The notes below the pieces were generated by a model that was not told the DNA's origin, searched no databases, and saw nothing but the letters and a program-made list of their open reading frames with translations. A stretch of 64,000 nt of DNA from Polyangiaceae bacterium (lineage in GTDB: Bacteria > Myxococcota_A > Polyangia > Polyangiales > Polyangiaceae), in assembly GCA_035063585.1 (NCBI GenBank), contig JAPSGB010000005.1, forward strand, positions 140,930 to 204,929, read 5' to 3'. Below are positions 1-10,349 of this stretch, piece by piece. Position 1 is the stretch's first letter. Every line of letters starts with the position of its first letter. The position numbers and the translations under genes were made by a program.

Positions 1-39
1 CGATCTCAGGATGCGCTACGTCGAGGTCGCGAAATCCCG

Positions 40-1206
40 GTGAGAGCTCGCTGGATCTCCGTCGCGTCGGTCGTGCTCGGCCTCGCCGCGCAAGACTGCA
101 AGCGCACGAGCGCGTCCGCTCCGGACGCCGCGCCTGCGGAGCCGTCTGGCGCGGTCCCGGCGACGGCTCCGCTCGGGCCGCCCCCGGCGCCGCTACCCGC
201 GTCGCCGCCCGCCAATGCGCCGGCGAGCTTCGCGGAGCTGGCCGCCCGCGCAGACTCGGCGGTCGTGTTCGTGAGGACGGTTCAAGAGCAGCGGGGGCGC
301 ACGGGTAGGCGCCGGGTGTTGCAGCAGGGGCTCGGCACGGGGTTCGTCTACGATCCCTCCGGCCTGATCCTGACCAACAACCACGTCATCGAGAACGCGA
401 CCGAGGTCACCGTCACCATCGGCAAGCAGCCCGAGCAGAAGGCGACCATCGTCGGCCGCGATCCGCTGGTCGACGTCGCGGTGCTGAGGGTCGAGGGCAA
501 GGCTGGCTTCGCTCACCTTCCGCTCGGGGACTCGGACGTCACGCGCGTCGGTGACTGGGTGCTCGCCATCGGCAACCCGTTCGGGCTATCGCACACGGTG
601 TCGGCCGGGATCGTGTCCGCGAAGGGAAGGACGCGCGACTCGGTGCGAGGGCTCGGCGACAAGTCCGGCTACTACAACTTCATCCAGACCGATGCGAGCA
701 TCAACCCCGGCAACTCGGGAGGGCCGCTCCTCGACACGGCAGGTCGCGTGATTGGCATCAACACGGCCATTCGCGCGAACGCCAACGGGATCGGCTTCGC
801 GATCCCCATCAACATGGTGAAGGATCTCCTGCCGGCGCTCATCAAGGACGGCAAGATCAACCGGAGCGCGATCGGGATCGTGGTGTCGTCGGTGCTCCCG
901 GAGGATGTCGCGCGTCTCCGGCTTCGAGACGCCTCGGGCGCGCTGATCCGCCAGATCCAGCCCGGCGGACCGGCGGACCGCGCCGGACTGCGTCCGGACG
1001 ACGTGGTCGTCGGCTTCCAAGGGCAGCCCACGCCTGGGCCGGAGAAGCTCCGGTGGCTCGCCAGCCTCGCGGGCGTGGGGTCCACGGTGACGGTGCGCGT
1101 GGAGCGAGGCTCGCGCGCCTTCGACGTCAAGGTGGCGCTCGAGGCCCTCCCCGAGCAGCCGGCAGCCCCGGAGCCGGAGGAGGAGGAGCCGTTCGGCTTC
1201 CCGTGA
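40..1206 (+). CDS. HtrA/DegP-family serine protease (trypsin-like domain plus one PDZ)
   Basis: Catalytic motifs LTNNHV, DVAVL and INPGNSGGPL; C-terminal PDZ (PGGPADRAGLRPDDVV); N-terminal signal-like segment. Confidence 0.93.
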   Translation: MRARWISVASVVLGLAAQDCKRTSASAPDAAPAEPSGAVPATAPLGPPPAPLPASPPANAPASFAELAARADSAVVFVRTVQEQRGRTGRRRVLQQGLGTGFVYDPSGLILTNNHVIENATEVTVTIGKQPEQKATIVGRDPLVDVAVLRVEGKAGFAHLPLGDSDVTRVGDWVLAIGNPFGLSHTVSAGIVSAKGRTRDSVRGLGDKSGYYNFIQTDASINPGNSGGPLLDTAGRVIGINTAIRANANGIGFAIPINMVKDLLPALIKDGKINRSAIGIVVSSVLPEDVARLRLRDASGALIRQIQPGGPADRAGLRPDDVVVGFQGQPTPGPEKLRWLASLAGVGSTVTVRVERGSRAFDVKVALEALPEQPAAPEPEEEEPFGFP

Positions 1207-1275
1207 GGTGGGCGTCCGCTCCAGGGTGGGGGGAGCCGGCCCGGACTTTGCGTATGACTTTGCGTGCTGCGCGTC

Positions 1276-2082
1276 ATGGAGGTCGATTTTCACGAGTCGG
1301 AGCCGGAGCCGGCGTCTACGGACTCCCCGCGGGCGCGTCCCGAGCGGCGACCCGCCGCGCTCGGGCCCGGGCGGGTCGAGGGGGGGGAGCCGCATGATCG
1401 TGATGTCGCGGTGGGTGTGAATAGCGCAGAGGCAGAGGCGTCAAACAAGAGCCTCCGGAGAGCCGAGGCGGAAGAGGACCGTGCACTCGTCGAACAGGCC
1501 CAAGCTGGCGATCTCGCGGCGTTTCGCCAGTTGGTGGTTCGCCACCAGCGCCGCGCATTCACGATCGCGCTCGCCCTGGTACGTGACGAGCACGACGCCC
1601 GAGACGTCGTCCAGGAGGCCTTCCTGCGGGTCTATCGAGGGCTCGGCGCGTTCAACGGGGGGTCCAGCTTCTTCACGTGGCTCTATCGCATCGTCACCAA
1701 CCTCTCGATCGACCTCATGCGAAAGCCGACGCGCCGAGAGACGAGCTTGGAGGATTCGTACGAGCCGAGGGACGAGGCCGAGGCCCCGCTGGTCGCTCGA
1801 ATCGACGGCGCCGACCCGCTCGACGTCGTGCGACGACGTCAACTCGCCGAGCGCATCGGTGCGGCGCTCGATGCCCTACCGTCCTACCATCGCGGGGTGA
1901 TCTTGATGCGCGAGATCGAAGGCTTGAGCTACGAGGAAATGGCGGAGGCGATGGGCGTATCCAAGGGCACCATCATGAGTCGCCTATTTCACGCGCGTCA
2001 GAAGCTGCAACGCGCGCTCGCCGACTGCTACGCGGAGCAATTCGGTCGCGAGCCCGAGTCCGGCAAGGTGAGGGCGCGATGA
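1276..2082 (+). CDS. ECF RNA polymerase sigma-70 factor
   Basis: Region 2 (DVVQEAFLRVY, FFTWLYRIVTN) and region 4 (GLSYEEMAEAMGVSKGTIMSRLFHARQKL); start uncertain. Confidence 0.92.
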   Translation: MEVDFHESEPEPASTDSPRARPERRPAALGPGRVEGGEPHDRDVAVGVNSAEAEASNKSLRRAEAEEDRALVEQAQAGDLAAFRQLVVRHQRRAFTIALALVRDEHDARDVVQEAFLRVYRGLGAFNGGSSFFTWLYRIVTNLSIDLMRKPTRRETSLEDSYEPRDEAEAPLVARIDGADPLDVVRRRQLAERIGAALDALPSYHRGVILMREIEGLSYEEMAEAMGVSKGTIMSRLFHARQKLQRALADCYAEQFGREPESGKVRAR

Positions 2083-2669
2083 GCGAGGAATTCGACGAGC
2101 AAGAGCTCATGTCGTTCTACGATGGCGAGCTCCCCGATGATCGGGTCGCGGTCTGGGAGGAGCGCCTTCGGAGTGACGAGGAGGCCGCGAACGCGCTCGC
2201 GCGGCTCCGTTCGATTGGAGACGCGGTCCGCCAGCTCTCCGACGAGCGTGGAGCGGGGGGCGCCCAGATCGCCGACGCGGTGATGGCGGCCATCGCTCGG
2301 GACGGGCAGGGCGCCGCCGCTCGTCCGGCCTCTACCTGGCGCCGCCTCGCGCCGGTCGCGGCCGCGACGCTCGCGCTCGCGGCGGCCGTGACGCTGGTGC
2401 TTCGAGGCGCTGGAGAACGAGCGGGCGCCGTCGGGACGCCGGCCGAGAGCGCTGTGTCGGCCAACGGGCCGGCCCCGGCGCGCTCGGAGGCCGTCGAGCC
2501 GAGCGAGGCCGCCGAGCCGGAGATGGTCCCGGCAGTCGCGATCGAGTCGGTGGATTTCGGAGCGCATGATGGGACCATCTTCATGGTCCAGAGCGGCGAC
2601 ACCGACACGCCCGTGGTCTGGTTGGTGGATGAGCCGTCGCGGCCCCACGATAGAATCGAGCCCCTATGA
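2079..2669 (+). CDS. Transmembrane anti-sigma factor
   Basis: ATGA overlap with the sigma stop; N-terminal LMSFYDGEL anti-sigma motif; one TM helix. Confidence 0.8.
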   Translation: MSEEFDEQELMSFYDGELPDDRVAVWEERLRSDEEAANALARLRSIGDAVRQLSDERGAGGAQIADAVMAAIARDGQGAAARPASTWRRLAPVAAATLALAAAVTLVLRGAGERAGAVGTPAESAVSANGPAPARSEAVEPSEAAEPEMVPAVAIESVDFGAHDGTIFMVQSGDTDTPVVWLVDEPSRPHDRIEPL

Positions 2670-3196
2670 CCCGTCTTGTCACCTCGCTCTTGATCGCGCT
2701 CTCGGCCGTCGCCGCGCCGTCGTTCGCCGGGGCCGCGCCTGAGCCCGCGGCTCCCCCCGCCGACTCCCGTGGTGGCGCCGATAGCGGCGCGTCGCCGAAG
2801 CCGGAACCGAAGGCGCCGGTGGCGGTCGAGGTCACCGTCCTCCACGCCACCAACTCGAAGCGGGGCATCGACAAGCGCATCGGCGACATGCCGGAGCTGA
2901 AGAAGCCGCCGTTTTCGTCTTACGACAGCTACGAGCTCCTCTCACGGGAGCGTCTCCCGCTCGTGAAGGGGGACGCGAAGGATCTGAGGCTGCCAAACGG
3001 CCGTGTGCTGCAGTCGAAGCTGCTCGAAATCCTGCCGAAGGACACCTTCCGTATCTCGGCCAGCATCAACAAACCGGGCGGCAAGACCTTTCTTCCGCTG
3101 CTCGAGGTCAAGGCGCACCTCGGCCAGGCGTTCATCGTGGCCGGGCAGAGCTACAAGAACGGGATCCTGGTGCTGGTCATCCGAGTGACTCGCTAG
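2666..3196 (+). CDS. Exported hypothetical protein in the ECF operon
   Basis: ATGA overlap; signal peptide; host-like codon usage. Confidence 0.75.
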   Translation: MTRLVTSLLIALSAVAAPSFAGAAPEPAAPPADSRGGADSGASPKPEPKAPVAVEVTVLHATNSKRGIDKRIGDMPELKKPPFSSYDSYELLSRERLPLVKGDAKDLRLPNGRVLQSKLLEILPKDTFRISASINKPGGKTFLPLLEVKAHLGQAFIVAGQSYKNGILVLVIRVTR

Positions 3197-3200
3197 GCGG

Positions 3201-4421
3201 TCACTGCGCCAGCGGCAGCTCCAGCGTGAACACCGTGCCGTGACCGGGTGCGCTCTCCACGCTCAGCGTGCCGCCGTGCGCGTCGACGATCTTGCGGATG
3301 ATGGACAGCCCGAGCCCGGTACCTCGCCCGTTCGGCTTCGTGGTGAAGAACGGATCGTAGATCCGCGAGAGTGTCACGGGATCCATCCCGACTCCCTGGT
3401 CCGCGACGTCGATGCGAGCCAGCTGCCCCTCGCGTGAGGTGGTCACCGTGAGCGATAGTACCCCGCCGTGCGCGGACATCGCGTGCGCCGCGTTGACGAA
3501 CAAGTTCACGAACAGCTGCACGAGCTGGCTCGAGATGCCCGTGACGGTGAGCTCGGGGTCGCTCGCCGAGCGCTCGAGCTCGACCCGGTTTTCCAGAAGG
3601 TCGTGCTCCGAGAACGCGAGCGCCTTGTCGAGCACGGTTGCCAATCGAACCGGGGCGGCGCTCTCCCCCGATGGTCGCGCGTAGTCGATGAGATCTCGCG
3701 CGAAGGCGAGGATGCGCGCAGCCGCCTCTGCGACCCGCCGCAGGCGTTCCTCGTCCTCGGCGTCGCCGCGAGCCTGGGCGCGGCCGAGGAGATGGTCCGA
3801 GTACGCCATGATCGTAGTGAGCGGGTTATTGAGCTCGTGAACCACGCCGGCCACGACATGGCCGAGAGAGGCGAGCTTGCCGGTTTGGATCGCCTCTGCT
3901 CGAAGCTGCTCGAGCGCCAGCAGGTTCGCGCGCTCACGCGCGGAGCGCCGAGCCCGCGCGAGGCCCATCCGGAACACCAGCGCCGCGCCCTCCGCCGTCC
4001 GGAGCAACTCCGGGGCCGAGGAGGTGACGCCGAGGGCGTCTCCGGCGAGGTGCAGCGTCGCCTCTGCCGAGCCGTCGCCGACCGCGAACACTCGCTCGAA
4101 GCGCTGCCTCGCGAAGAGGCGCGTCGGGGTCGAGCCGTCTCCCTTGGCGAGCGCGACCGGACTCGAAGCGACGATCTCTGGCTCATCGCTCGGTGAGGCT
4201 GCGACGCTCGCGCCGACCAGGCATCCGGGGAGCAGCGCGGCCAGCGTATCGACCACCCGGCGAGCGACCGTGAGCGAGTCGGCGTCCTCCGGCAAGTCGA
4301 CGGCGAGCGCGAGCATGGCGTCGCGCCATTGCGTGGGCGGTACGGTTCGAGGCCCGGACGGCGCAGGGATCGAATCTCCCTCCCGTGAACCAGGGAGCTC
4401 GTCGTCGCGCTGTGCCGTCAC
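3201..4421 (-). CDS. Sensor histidine kinase (HisKA plus HATPase)
   Basis: H-box VHELNNPL; N-box NLFVNAAHA; DQGVG, FFTTK and GTGLGL boxes. Confidence 0.92.
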   Translation of the reverse strand: MTAQRDDELPGSREGDSIPAPSGPRTVPPTQWRDAMLALAVDLPEDADSLTVARRVVDTLAALLPGCLVGASVAASPSDEPEIVASSPVALAKGDGSTPTRLFARQRFERVFAVGDGSAEATLHLAGDALGVTSSAPELLRTAEGAALVFRMGLARARRSARERANLLALEQLRAEAIQTGKLASLGHVVAGVVHELNNPLTTIMAYSDHLLGRAQARGDAEDEERLRRVAEAAARILAFARDLIDYARPSGESAAPVRLATVLDKALAFSEHDLLENRVELERSASDPELTVTGISSQLVQLFVNLFVNAAHAMSAHGGVLSLTVTTSREGQLARIDVADQGVGMDPVTLSRIYDPFFTTKPNGRGTGLGLSIIRKIVDAHGGTLSVESAPGHGTVFTLELPLAQ

Positions 4422-6442
4422 CTCTGGCCTCCCTTGTCGTCGGTGGTATCCCCGCTCGATTTCTCGAGGTCCAAGATCCGGGCCTCGCCCACGTAACTCT
4501 TGGTCTCGTAACGAGTGATCTTGCCGATCTTCCTCACGATCTCCGCCATGCGCTCCGCCTCGCCGATGATCACGCCGACTGCGTTCTCGAGTGAGGCATC
4601 GCCTCTCACGCTACGCCGGAGCAGCTCGGCGTAGCCAATCACGCTCGTCAATGGCTGATTCAGCTCATGGGCCGCCGTCCCGGCGAGCTCGGCGACGATG
4701 GCCTGCTTCTCTCGGGCGCGCAGCTCTTCCTGGGCCTCGTGTAGGCGCGTCTCCATCCGCAGCTTCTCCCGGTTGTCCGTGAAGATGCCGACGGAACCGA
4801 GCACCTGGTCGCCGTCCATGATGAGCGCCGCCGAGAGGGTGACCGGGAGCGGGCAACCCCTGGCGTCCACCATGTCCACGCGATGACCTTCGAGCCGCCC
4901 GGGCCCGCTCAGGTTCGGATCGCGGATCTTCCTCATCACGTCACGGGCCACGCCGGCCGGATAGAGCTTCTCGACCGACATCTTGCCGACGACCTGCTCG
5001 GGCGAATACCCAAAGATTCGGCTCGCGGCGCGGTTGAACAAGACCACGGTCCCGCTGAGATCCGCCGAGATGATCCCGTCCACGGAGCTGTCGATGACGC
5101 GCTCGAGCGACTCCTTGGTCTGCTTGAGCTCGACCGCCGTCTTACGCTCCTGGGTCGCGTCACGGAACGTGAACAGGATCGCGTCGTCTTCGTGCAAGAC
5201 CGAGCTGAAGCTGACGCTGATGATGACGGGGTCGCCGCGGCTCGTCAGCACGTGGAGATCGACCCCGCGGGGATAGACACCCTCCGCGAAGCCGCGGAGC
5301 AGGCGCGCGCTCGGCGCGCGGTCCGACTCGACGACGAGCTCGCTGAGCCGAAGGCTCATGAACTCGGTCTCGCTGAACCCAAGGATCTCCCGCGCGCGTG
5401 GGTTCCCAAATAAGACGTAGCCCTCGCGATCGATGACCACCATCCCGTCGGCTGCGCTCTCGAAGAAATCGGCGTATCGTTGAAAGAGCTGCACGCGGCG
5501 CTCAGCCTCGACTCGCGCGAAGGTGCTCTGCTGCGTCTCGTCGCGAAGCGTCTGAAGGATCCGGGCGTTCCTGAGCGCGATAGCGGTAGCGTTGGCGACC
5601 GTGTGGACCAGCGCCATCTCATGATCGCTGAAGGCGGCGGAGCGGCGCGAGCGGAGAAAGAGCACGCCCATGGCTCGCTCTTCGGTGATGATGGGGGCGA
5701 GCGCCAGCGAGCAGAACGCGAGGGGTGGCTCGGTGCGACGGAGCGCCTCGAAGAGCGGGTGCTCGCTCGAGTCTCGAATGACCAGGGTGTGCCCGGTCCT
5801 CAAGACCTCGCGGATCTCGGGATACTTCGCCAGGTCCAACGGCAAGTCACGAACGTGCTCGTCGTCGCTCGTCGCGAGGACGAACCCGACGTTGCCGTGA
5901 TCACCGATCAACACGATGCTGCACCGATCGACTCGCACGACGTCCGCGACGCGCTTCACGACCGTGAAGAGAATGTCTCGAATGTCGAGCGTCGAGGCGA
6001 GGGCCTGGGTCATCTCGAGCACCGTATGCGCGTCTCGTTCCCGACGGCTCAGCTGCTCGACGTACTCGCGCAGGCGCAGTTGCCCCTTGACTCGCGCGAC
6101 GAGCTCCGCCGGGCGAAACGGCTTGTGGACGTAGTCGTCGGCGCCGGAGGCGAACACCCGCTCGATCTCATCATCCGCGTCGAGCCCGGTCAGCACGACG
6201 ACGGGCACGTCGGCGAGGTGCTTGCGAGCGCGAACATACCTGAGGATCGCGAAACCATCGGGTTCGGGCATGACCAGGTCGAGGAGCACCGCCGCGGGTT
6301 GGTTCACCTCGAGCCAGGCGAGCGCCGCGGCGCCTCCCGCCATGGCCTCGCAGGTGAGGCCCTCCGCGGTCAGCGCGTCGCGCAGGACGTGGCGGCTCAC
6401 GGCGTCGTCATCGACGACGAGGATGGGGCCGTCCGTCGTCAC
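4418..6442 (-). CDS. REC-GAF-PAS-PAS-HisKA signalling protein without an ATPase domain
   Basis: Receiver motifs VVDDD, LLDLVMP and KP; GAF; two PAS-like segments; AHELNQPL about 80 aa from the C-terminus. Confidence 0.88.
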   Translation of the reverse strand: MTTDGPILVVDDDAVSRHVLRDALTAEGLTCEAMAGGAAALAWLEVNQPAAVLLDLVMPEPDGFAILRYVRARKHLADVPVVVLTGLDADDEIERVFASGADDYVHKPFRPAELVARVKGQLRLREYVEQLSRRERDAHTVLEMTQALASTLDIRDILFTVVKRVADVVRVDRCSIVLIGDHGNVGFVLATSDDEHVRDLPLDLAKYPEIREVLRTGHTLVIRDSSEHPLFEALRRTEPPLAFCSLALAPIITEERAMGVLFLRSRRSAAFSDHEMALVHTVANATAIALRNARILQTLRDETQQSTFARVEAERRVQLFQRYADFFESAADGMVVIDREGYVLFGNPRAREILGFSETEFMSLRLSELVVESDRAPSARLLRGFAEGVYPRGVDLHVLTSRGDPVIISVSFSSVLHEDDAILFTFRDATQERKTAVELKQTKESLERVIDSSVDGIISADLSGTVVLFNRAASRIFGYSPEQVVGKMSVEKLYPAGVARDVMRKIRDPNLSGPGRLEGHRVDMVDARGCPLPVTLSAALIMDGDQVLGSVGIFTDNREKLRMETRLHEAQEELRAREKQAIVAELAGTAAHELNQPLTSVIGYAELLRRSVRGDASLENAVGVIIGEAERMAEIVRKIGKITRYETKSYVGEARILDLEKSSGDTTDDKGGQR

Positions 6443-6596
6443 GCCTCGATCTTAGCCGTGGAGAGGCGATTCGTGCAAACTGGCGCGCGGGCTCGAGGAG
6501 CCGGGCACGCCCCCGTGACACCGGCTCCGCGCCGCCAACGCTCGCTCGTGAGCCTGGCCCTGCGTGCGCCCGGGCGTCGCCGGCCCGCGCTCTGCC

Positions 6597-9170
6597 TCAG
6601 CCGCAGGTGCCGTTCGAGAGGCAGCGCTGTCCCGGGCCGCAGGTAGTCGCCCCGCACTTGCACACGCCGCCGCTACAGGTTCCGGGTGCCCCCCCATTGC
6701 AGTCGGCGTCTCCGTCGCACGCGCACTTGCTGCTCGCGCACACGAACCCCGGCGCGCAGGCGCGACCGCATGCCCCGCAGTTTGCAGCGTCGCTGCTCAG
6801 GGTCTTGCAGCCGCCTTGCTGACAGCAAACCTGCGAGCTCGAACACTTGTCGCCGCCGTTGCAATGGCAGTCGTTGGGGATCCCTCCGCACTTCTCCCCC
6901 GGGCGACACGTGTTCGAACCGCCGAGGTTGTTGCAGACGCACAAGCCGCCGTTGCACGAGCGGCTGAGCGACTCGCACTCGGAGTCTTTGGTGCACGCGC
7001 AGACGTTATTCGAGCAGCCCTGGAGCCCTTGTTTGGTGCAGTCGTTCGTGCAGCTCCCGCAGGCCGTCTTGCTGCTGGGAGTCTCGCAGGCGTTGTCGGC
7101 GGCGGGGGCGGCGGGAGTGCTGCAGTTGGCCGAGCCGAGCGCGCAGGACGACCGGCACAGGCCGCCCGCGCACATCCTGGCCTCGACGTTGGTGCCACCG
7201 CACGCGCGTCCGCAGGCGCCGCAGTCGAGAGAGCTCGTCTCGAGGTTGGTCTCGCAGCCGTCGTCGGGAGAGGCGGCAGGCGGCGAGGAGCAGTCCGCAA
7301 AAGTGCCGGTGCAGCTCGGCGTGCACGCGCCGCCATGGCACGCCGTGGAGGATGCGTGGGTGAGCGAGCAGGTGCGTCCGCAGGCGCCGCAGTTGGCTGC
7401 GTCTTCGAGCGTCTCCGACTCGCATCCATCGTCTGAGGCAGGCGCGGACGGGCGCGTGCAGTTGCCGAATCCGGGCTCGCAGGACGAGGTGCACACTCCG
7501 CCCGCGCAGGCCAAGGCGCTGGTGTGCGTGGCGGCGCACGTGCGACCGCAGAGCCCGCAGTTGGCCGCGTCGCCTAGGAGGTCCGTCTCGCAGCCGTCGT
7601 CGCTGCCCGTGGCCGGCAGGTTGCAGTTGCCGAAGCCTGGCTTGCAGGTCGAGTCGCAGGTTCCGAGCGTACAGCTCCGAGTGAGGATGTTCGCGCTCGC
7701 GCACGCCCGGCCGCACGCGCCGCAATTGTCTGGGTCGGATGAGGTGCGGGCCTCGCAGCCGTCATCGGCGGTGTTCTCGGGCGGGGTGGCGCAGTCGGCG
7801 TAGCCACTGGCGCAGGTCGGCGCGCACTTGCCAGCCGAGCACGCGAGGCCGGTCGTGTTCGCGCCGCTGCAGCTGTGCCCGCACGCGCCGCAGGAGCTGA
7901 GGTTCGAGGCGAGGTTGGTCTCGCAGCCGTCGTCCGCCACGGGCGCGGCCGGCTTCAAGCAGTTCCCCCAGCCATCTTCGCAGGTGGACGCGCACGTGCC
8001 GCCCGCGCAGACGGGCGTCGTCGCATGGGCCGTGGAGCATGCTCGCCCGCAGGCGCCGCAGTGGTCCGGAGAGATCCGAAGATCGGACTCGCAGCCGTCG
8101 TCCGGCCCGGTGGCAGGCCGCGAGCAGTTTGCGAAGTTCGCGAGGCAAGCGCTCGTGCAGAGTCCGTCGCTGCAGGTGAGCGCGAGCGTGCCGGCGCTCG
8201 AACAGGCTCGGCCGCAGGCGCCGCAGCTCGCCGTGCTCGTCTTTAGGTTGGTCTCGCAGCCGTTGCTGTCGAGCCCATCGCAGTCCGCGAAGCCGGGAGT
8301 ACAGCTGTCGATGAGACACTGAGACCCCGCGCACTTGGCCGTCGCGTTCGGGAGGTTGCAGATGTTGCGGCAGAAGCCGCAGTGGAGCGCCGAAGAGGTG
8401 GTGTCCGTCTCGCAGCCGTTCGCCGAATTCCCGTCGCAGTCGGCCTGGCCGTCGGGGCACTGGGACACGGCGCACTGCCCATCGTCGCAGCTCCAGTTGC
8501 CCGCCGACGACGTGCAGTCGTTCGAGCAGGAGCCGCACCTGGACGGATCGGCGAGGATGTTGGTCTCGCAGCCATCCGTCGAGTCGCCGTTGCAATCCAT
8601 GAACCCGTCGGAGCAGCTGTCGACCGAGCATTTCGCGCCGGTGCACTTCGCCGTTGCGTTCGGCAGCTCGCAGCGGGCCGCGCACCCTCCGCAGTTGGCG
8701 GGATCCGCGGCGACCTGCGTCTCGCAGCCGTCTGGGATGAGACCGTTGCAGTCCGAGTAGCCGTCGTCACAAGCGGCGATCGCGCATTTTCCATGCAGGT
8801 CACAGGTGGCGCTGGCATTGCGGATCGAGCAAGGCGCGCAGGTCGTCTCGGCGCATCCGAATGCCGGGTTGGTCTCGAGCACGCAGGTGCCCTCGCAGGG
8901 CTTGGTTCCGGGGCCGCACGAGGCCCCATCGGGTGGTGCGTCCTCGGCTGCATCCGACGCATCGAGGTCCCCCGCGCCGCCGCCCGCGCCGCCTGCTTCG
9001 AGCGAGGCGTCGAGCCCTGCCGTGCCGCCGGCCCCGCCGGTGCTCGGCGAGCCGCTGACGCCTGCGGTCGCGCCCGCGCCTGCGCCCGAGCCGCCGATCG
9101 TGAAGCCGTCGAAATCTTGGGTGCAGCTCGCGAGCGCCAGCGACGCCAGAACCAGAAGGAGTCGTCGCAT
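6597..9170 (-). CDS. Cys-rich repeat lipoprotein (DGCE...NCGACGxxC repeats)
   Basis: MRRLLLVLASLALASC lipobox; Gly-rich linker; more than 10 Cys-rich modules; start overlaps the upstream stop. Confidence 0.85.
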   Translation of the reverse strand: MRRLLLVLASLALASCTQDFDGFTIGGSGAGAGATAGVSGSPSTGGAGGTAGLDASLEAGGAGGGAGDLDASDAAEDAPPDGASCGPGTKPCEGTCVLETNPAFGCAETTCAPCSIRNASATCDLHGKCAIAACDDGYSDCNGLIPDGCETQVAADPANCGGCAARCELPNATAKCTGAKCSVDSCSDGFMDCNGDSTDGCETNILADPSRCGSCSNDCTSSAGNWSCDDGQCAVSQCPDGQADCDGNSANGCETDTTSSALHCGFCRNICNLPNATAKCAGSQCLIDSCTPGFADCDGLDSNGCETNLKTSTASCGACGRACSSAGTLALTCSDGLCTSACLANFANCSRPATGPDDGCESDLRISPDHCGACGRACSTAHATTPVCAGGTCASTCEDGWGNCLKPAAPVADDGCETNLASNLSSCGACGHSCSGANTTGLACSAGKCAPTCASGYADCATPPENTADDGCEARTSSDPDNCGACGRACASANILTRSCTLGTCDSTCKPGFGNCNLPATGSDDGCETDLLGDAANCGLCGRTCAATHTSALACAGGVCTSSCEPGFGNCTRPSAPASDDGCESETLEDAANCGACGRTCSLTHASSTACHGGACTPSCTGTFADCSSPPAASPDDGCETNLETSSLDCGACGRACGGTNVEARMCAGGLCRSSCALGSANCSTPAAPAADNACETPSSKTACGSCTNDCTKQGLQGCSNNVCACTKDSECESLSRSCNGGLCVCNNLGGSNTCRPGEKCGGIPNDCHCNGGDKCSSSQVCCQQGGCKTLSSDAANCGACGRACAPGFVCASSKCACDGDADCNGGAPGTCSGGVCKCGATTCGPGQRCLSNGTCG

Positions 9171-10243
9171 CAGAACCGTCCCCGCACGGTCACGGCCGCC
9201 GGTCCCGCCGTGAGCCTCAGGCGGCTCGCGGTCTCGGCGCTCCCTTGGTGATCGAGCACGAGCAGGGTGACGCCGGCTCCTGCGCCCAATAGTCCGACGA
9301 CGAGCCCGATGTTCGCCGCTATCTGCTCGGTTCGCCCGGTGTCGATGCGATCGGCCACCTCGGGCGGGCACACCCCACCGGGGCACGCGGCCTCGAGATC
9401 GCTGTACGTCGAGCGTGACATCGCTCCGGCGACCGCGAACGTGACGAGCCCGAGCGCGCCCACCCCGCCCGCCAAGTACGCATAGGGCCGGAGCGGGTGC
9501 CGCTCGCTCGGCGAGTCGCGAGGAGGCTCGTCTACCCCATGTACCTCGCTCTTTGCGGCCGGCGTTCGGCGAGGGGGCGGGAGCGGCGCCGGCGCCGACG
9601 CGGTCTGCATGGCTTCGGAAAGCACGTCGAGCTTCACTCGGGTCACGCTGCCGAGCCGAGCATCGACGGCTTGCCAGATCCGCCGTCCGCCGGGGAGCCG
9701 CGCGGTGACGTCCACGTTGCCTGCGGTCACGGCGATGGCTCGCCAGCGTTCTCGCGGCACCTCTCGCTTACCGACAGTGAGGGTGACTTGAGAGGAGTCG
9801 CCCGTCACGTCGAGCGAGAGGGCGGCGACCCGCCTCGACAAGTCGAGCATCTCCGTCTCGGCGGACTGCGCGGTGCTCGCGTATTTCGGCAGCCGCTGGG
9901 CGGCTTCGGCGGCCTCGGCTTGAACCAGCGCGAACTCCTCGTAGGCCGCGTCCGTGTCGCCGGCCTCACGGAGCGCACGAGCGTACATGATGTGCGAGTT
10001 CGGGCTCGCGACCACCTCGTAAGAGCGGCTGAACAGCTTGGCCGCGTCGGCGAAGCGCCCAGCCTTGAACGCCGCGACACCATCCGTGTAAAACCCTTGC
10101 GCCTGCGCGGTCTGCTCGGCCGTGGCCGAGTCGGGCGAGGCGCCGGCTGCGCGCGCCGCTCGGGCCGAGAGCGCGACGACCAGGACGGCAACGACACCTC
10201 CGGCCGACGTGGGGCGAGCGAAGCGCGCGAGCCGCCTGAGCAT
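9170..10243 (-). CDS. Exported TPR-like protein with C-terminal TM helices (PEGA/TPR type)
   Basis: AQGFYTDGVAAFKAGRFADAAKLF TPR-like helix; CPGGVC followed by TM segments. Confidence 0.75.
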   Translation of the reverse strand: MLRRLARFARPTSAGGVVAVLVVALSARAARAAGASPDSATAEQTAQAQGFYTDGVAAFKAGRFADAAKLFSRSYEVVASPNSHIMYARALREAGDTDAAYEEFALVQAEAAEAAQRLPKYASTAQSAETEMLDLSRRVAALSLDVTGDSSQVTLTVGKREVPRERWRAIAVTAGNVDVTARLPGGRRIWQAVDARLGSVTRVKLDVLSEAMQTASAPAPLPPPRRTPAAKSEVHGVDEPPRDSPSERHPLRPYAYLAGGVGALGLVTFAVAGAMSRSTYSDLEAACPGGVCPPEVADRIDTGRTEQIAANIGLVVGLLGAGAGVTLLVLDHQGSAETASRLRLTAGPAAVTVRGRF

Positions 10244-10349
10244 CGCCTCGTACTCTAGCACGACCCGCCCGTAGCCCGGGCGACGTCCCGGCCCGGACGC
10301 TTCGAGCCGGCGGCTAGCCGTCGCGGCTACCTGCGGTTATAAGTGAGCG

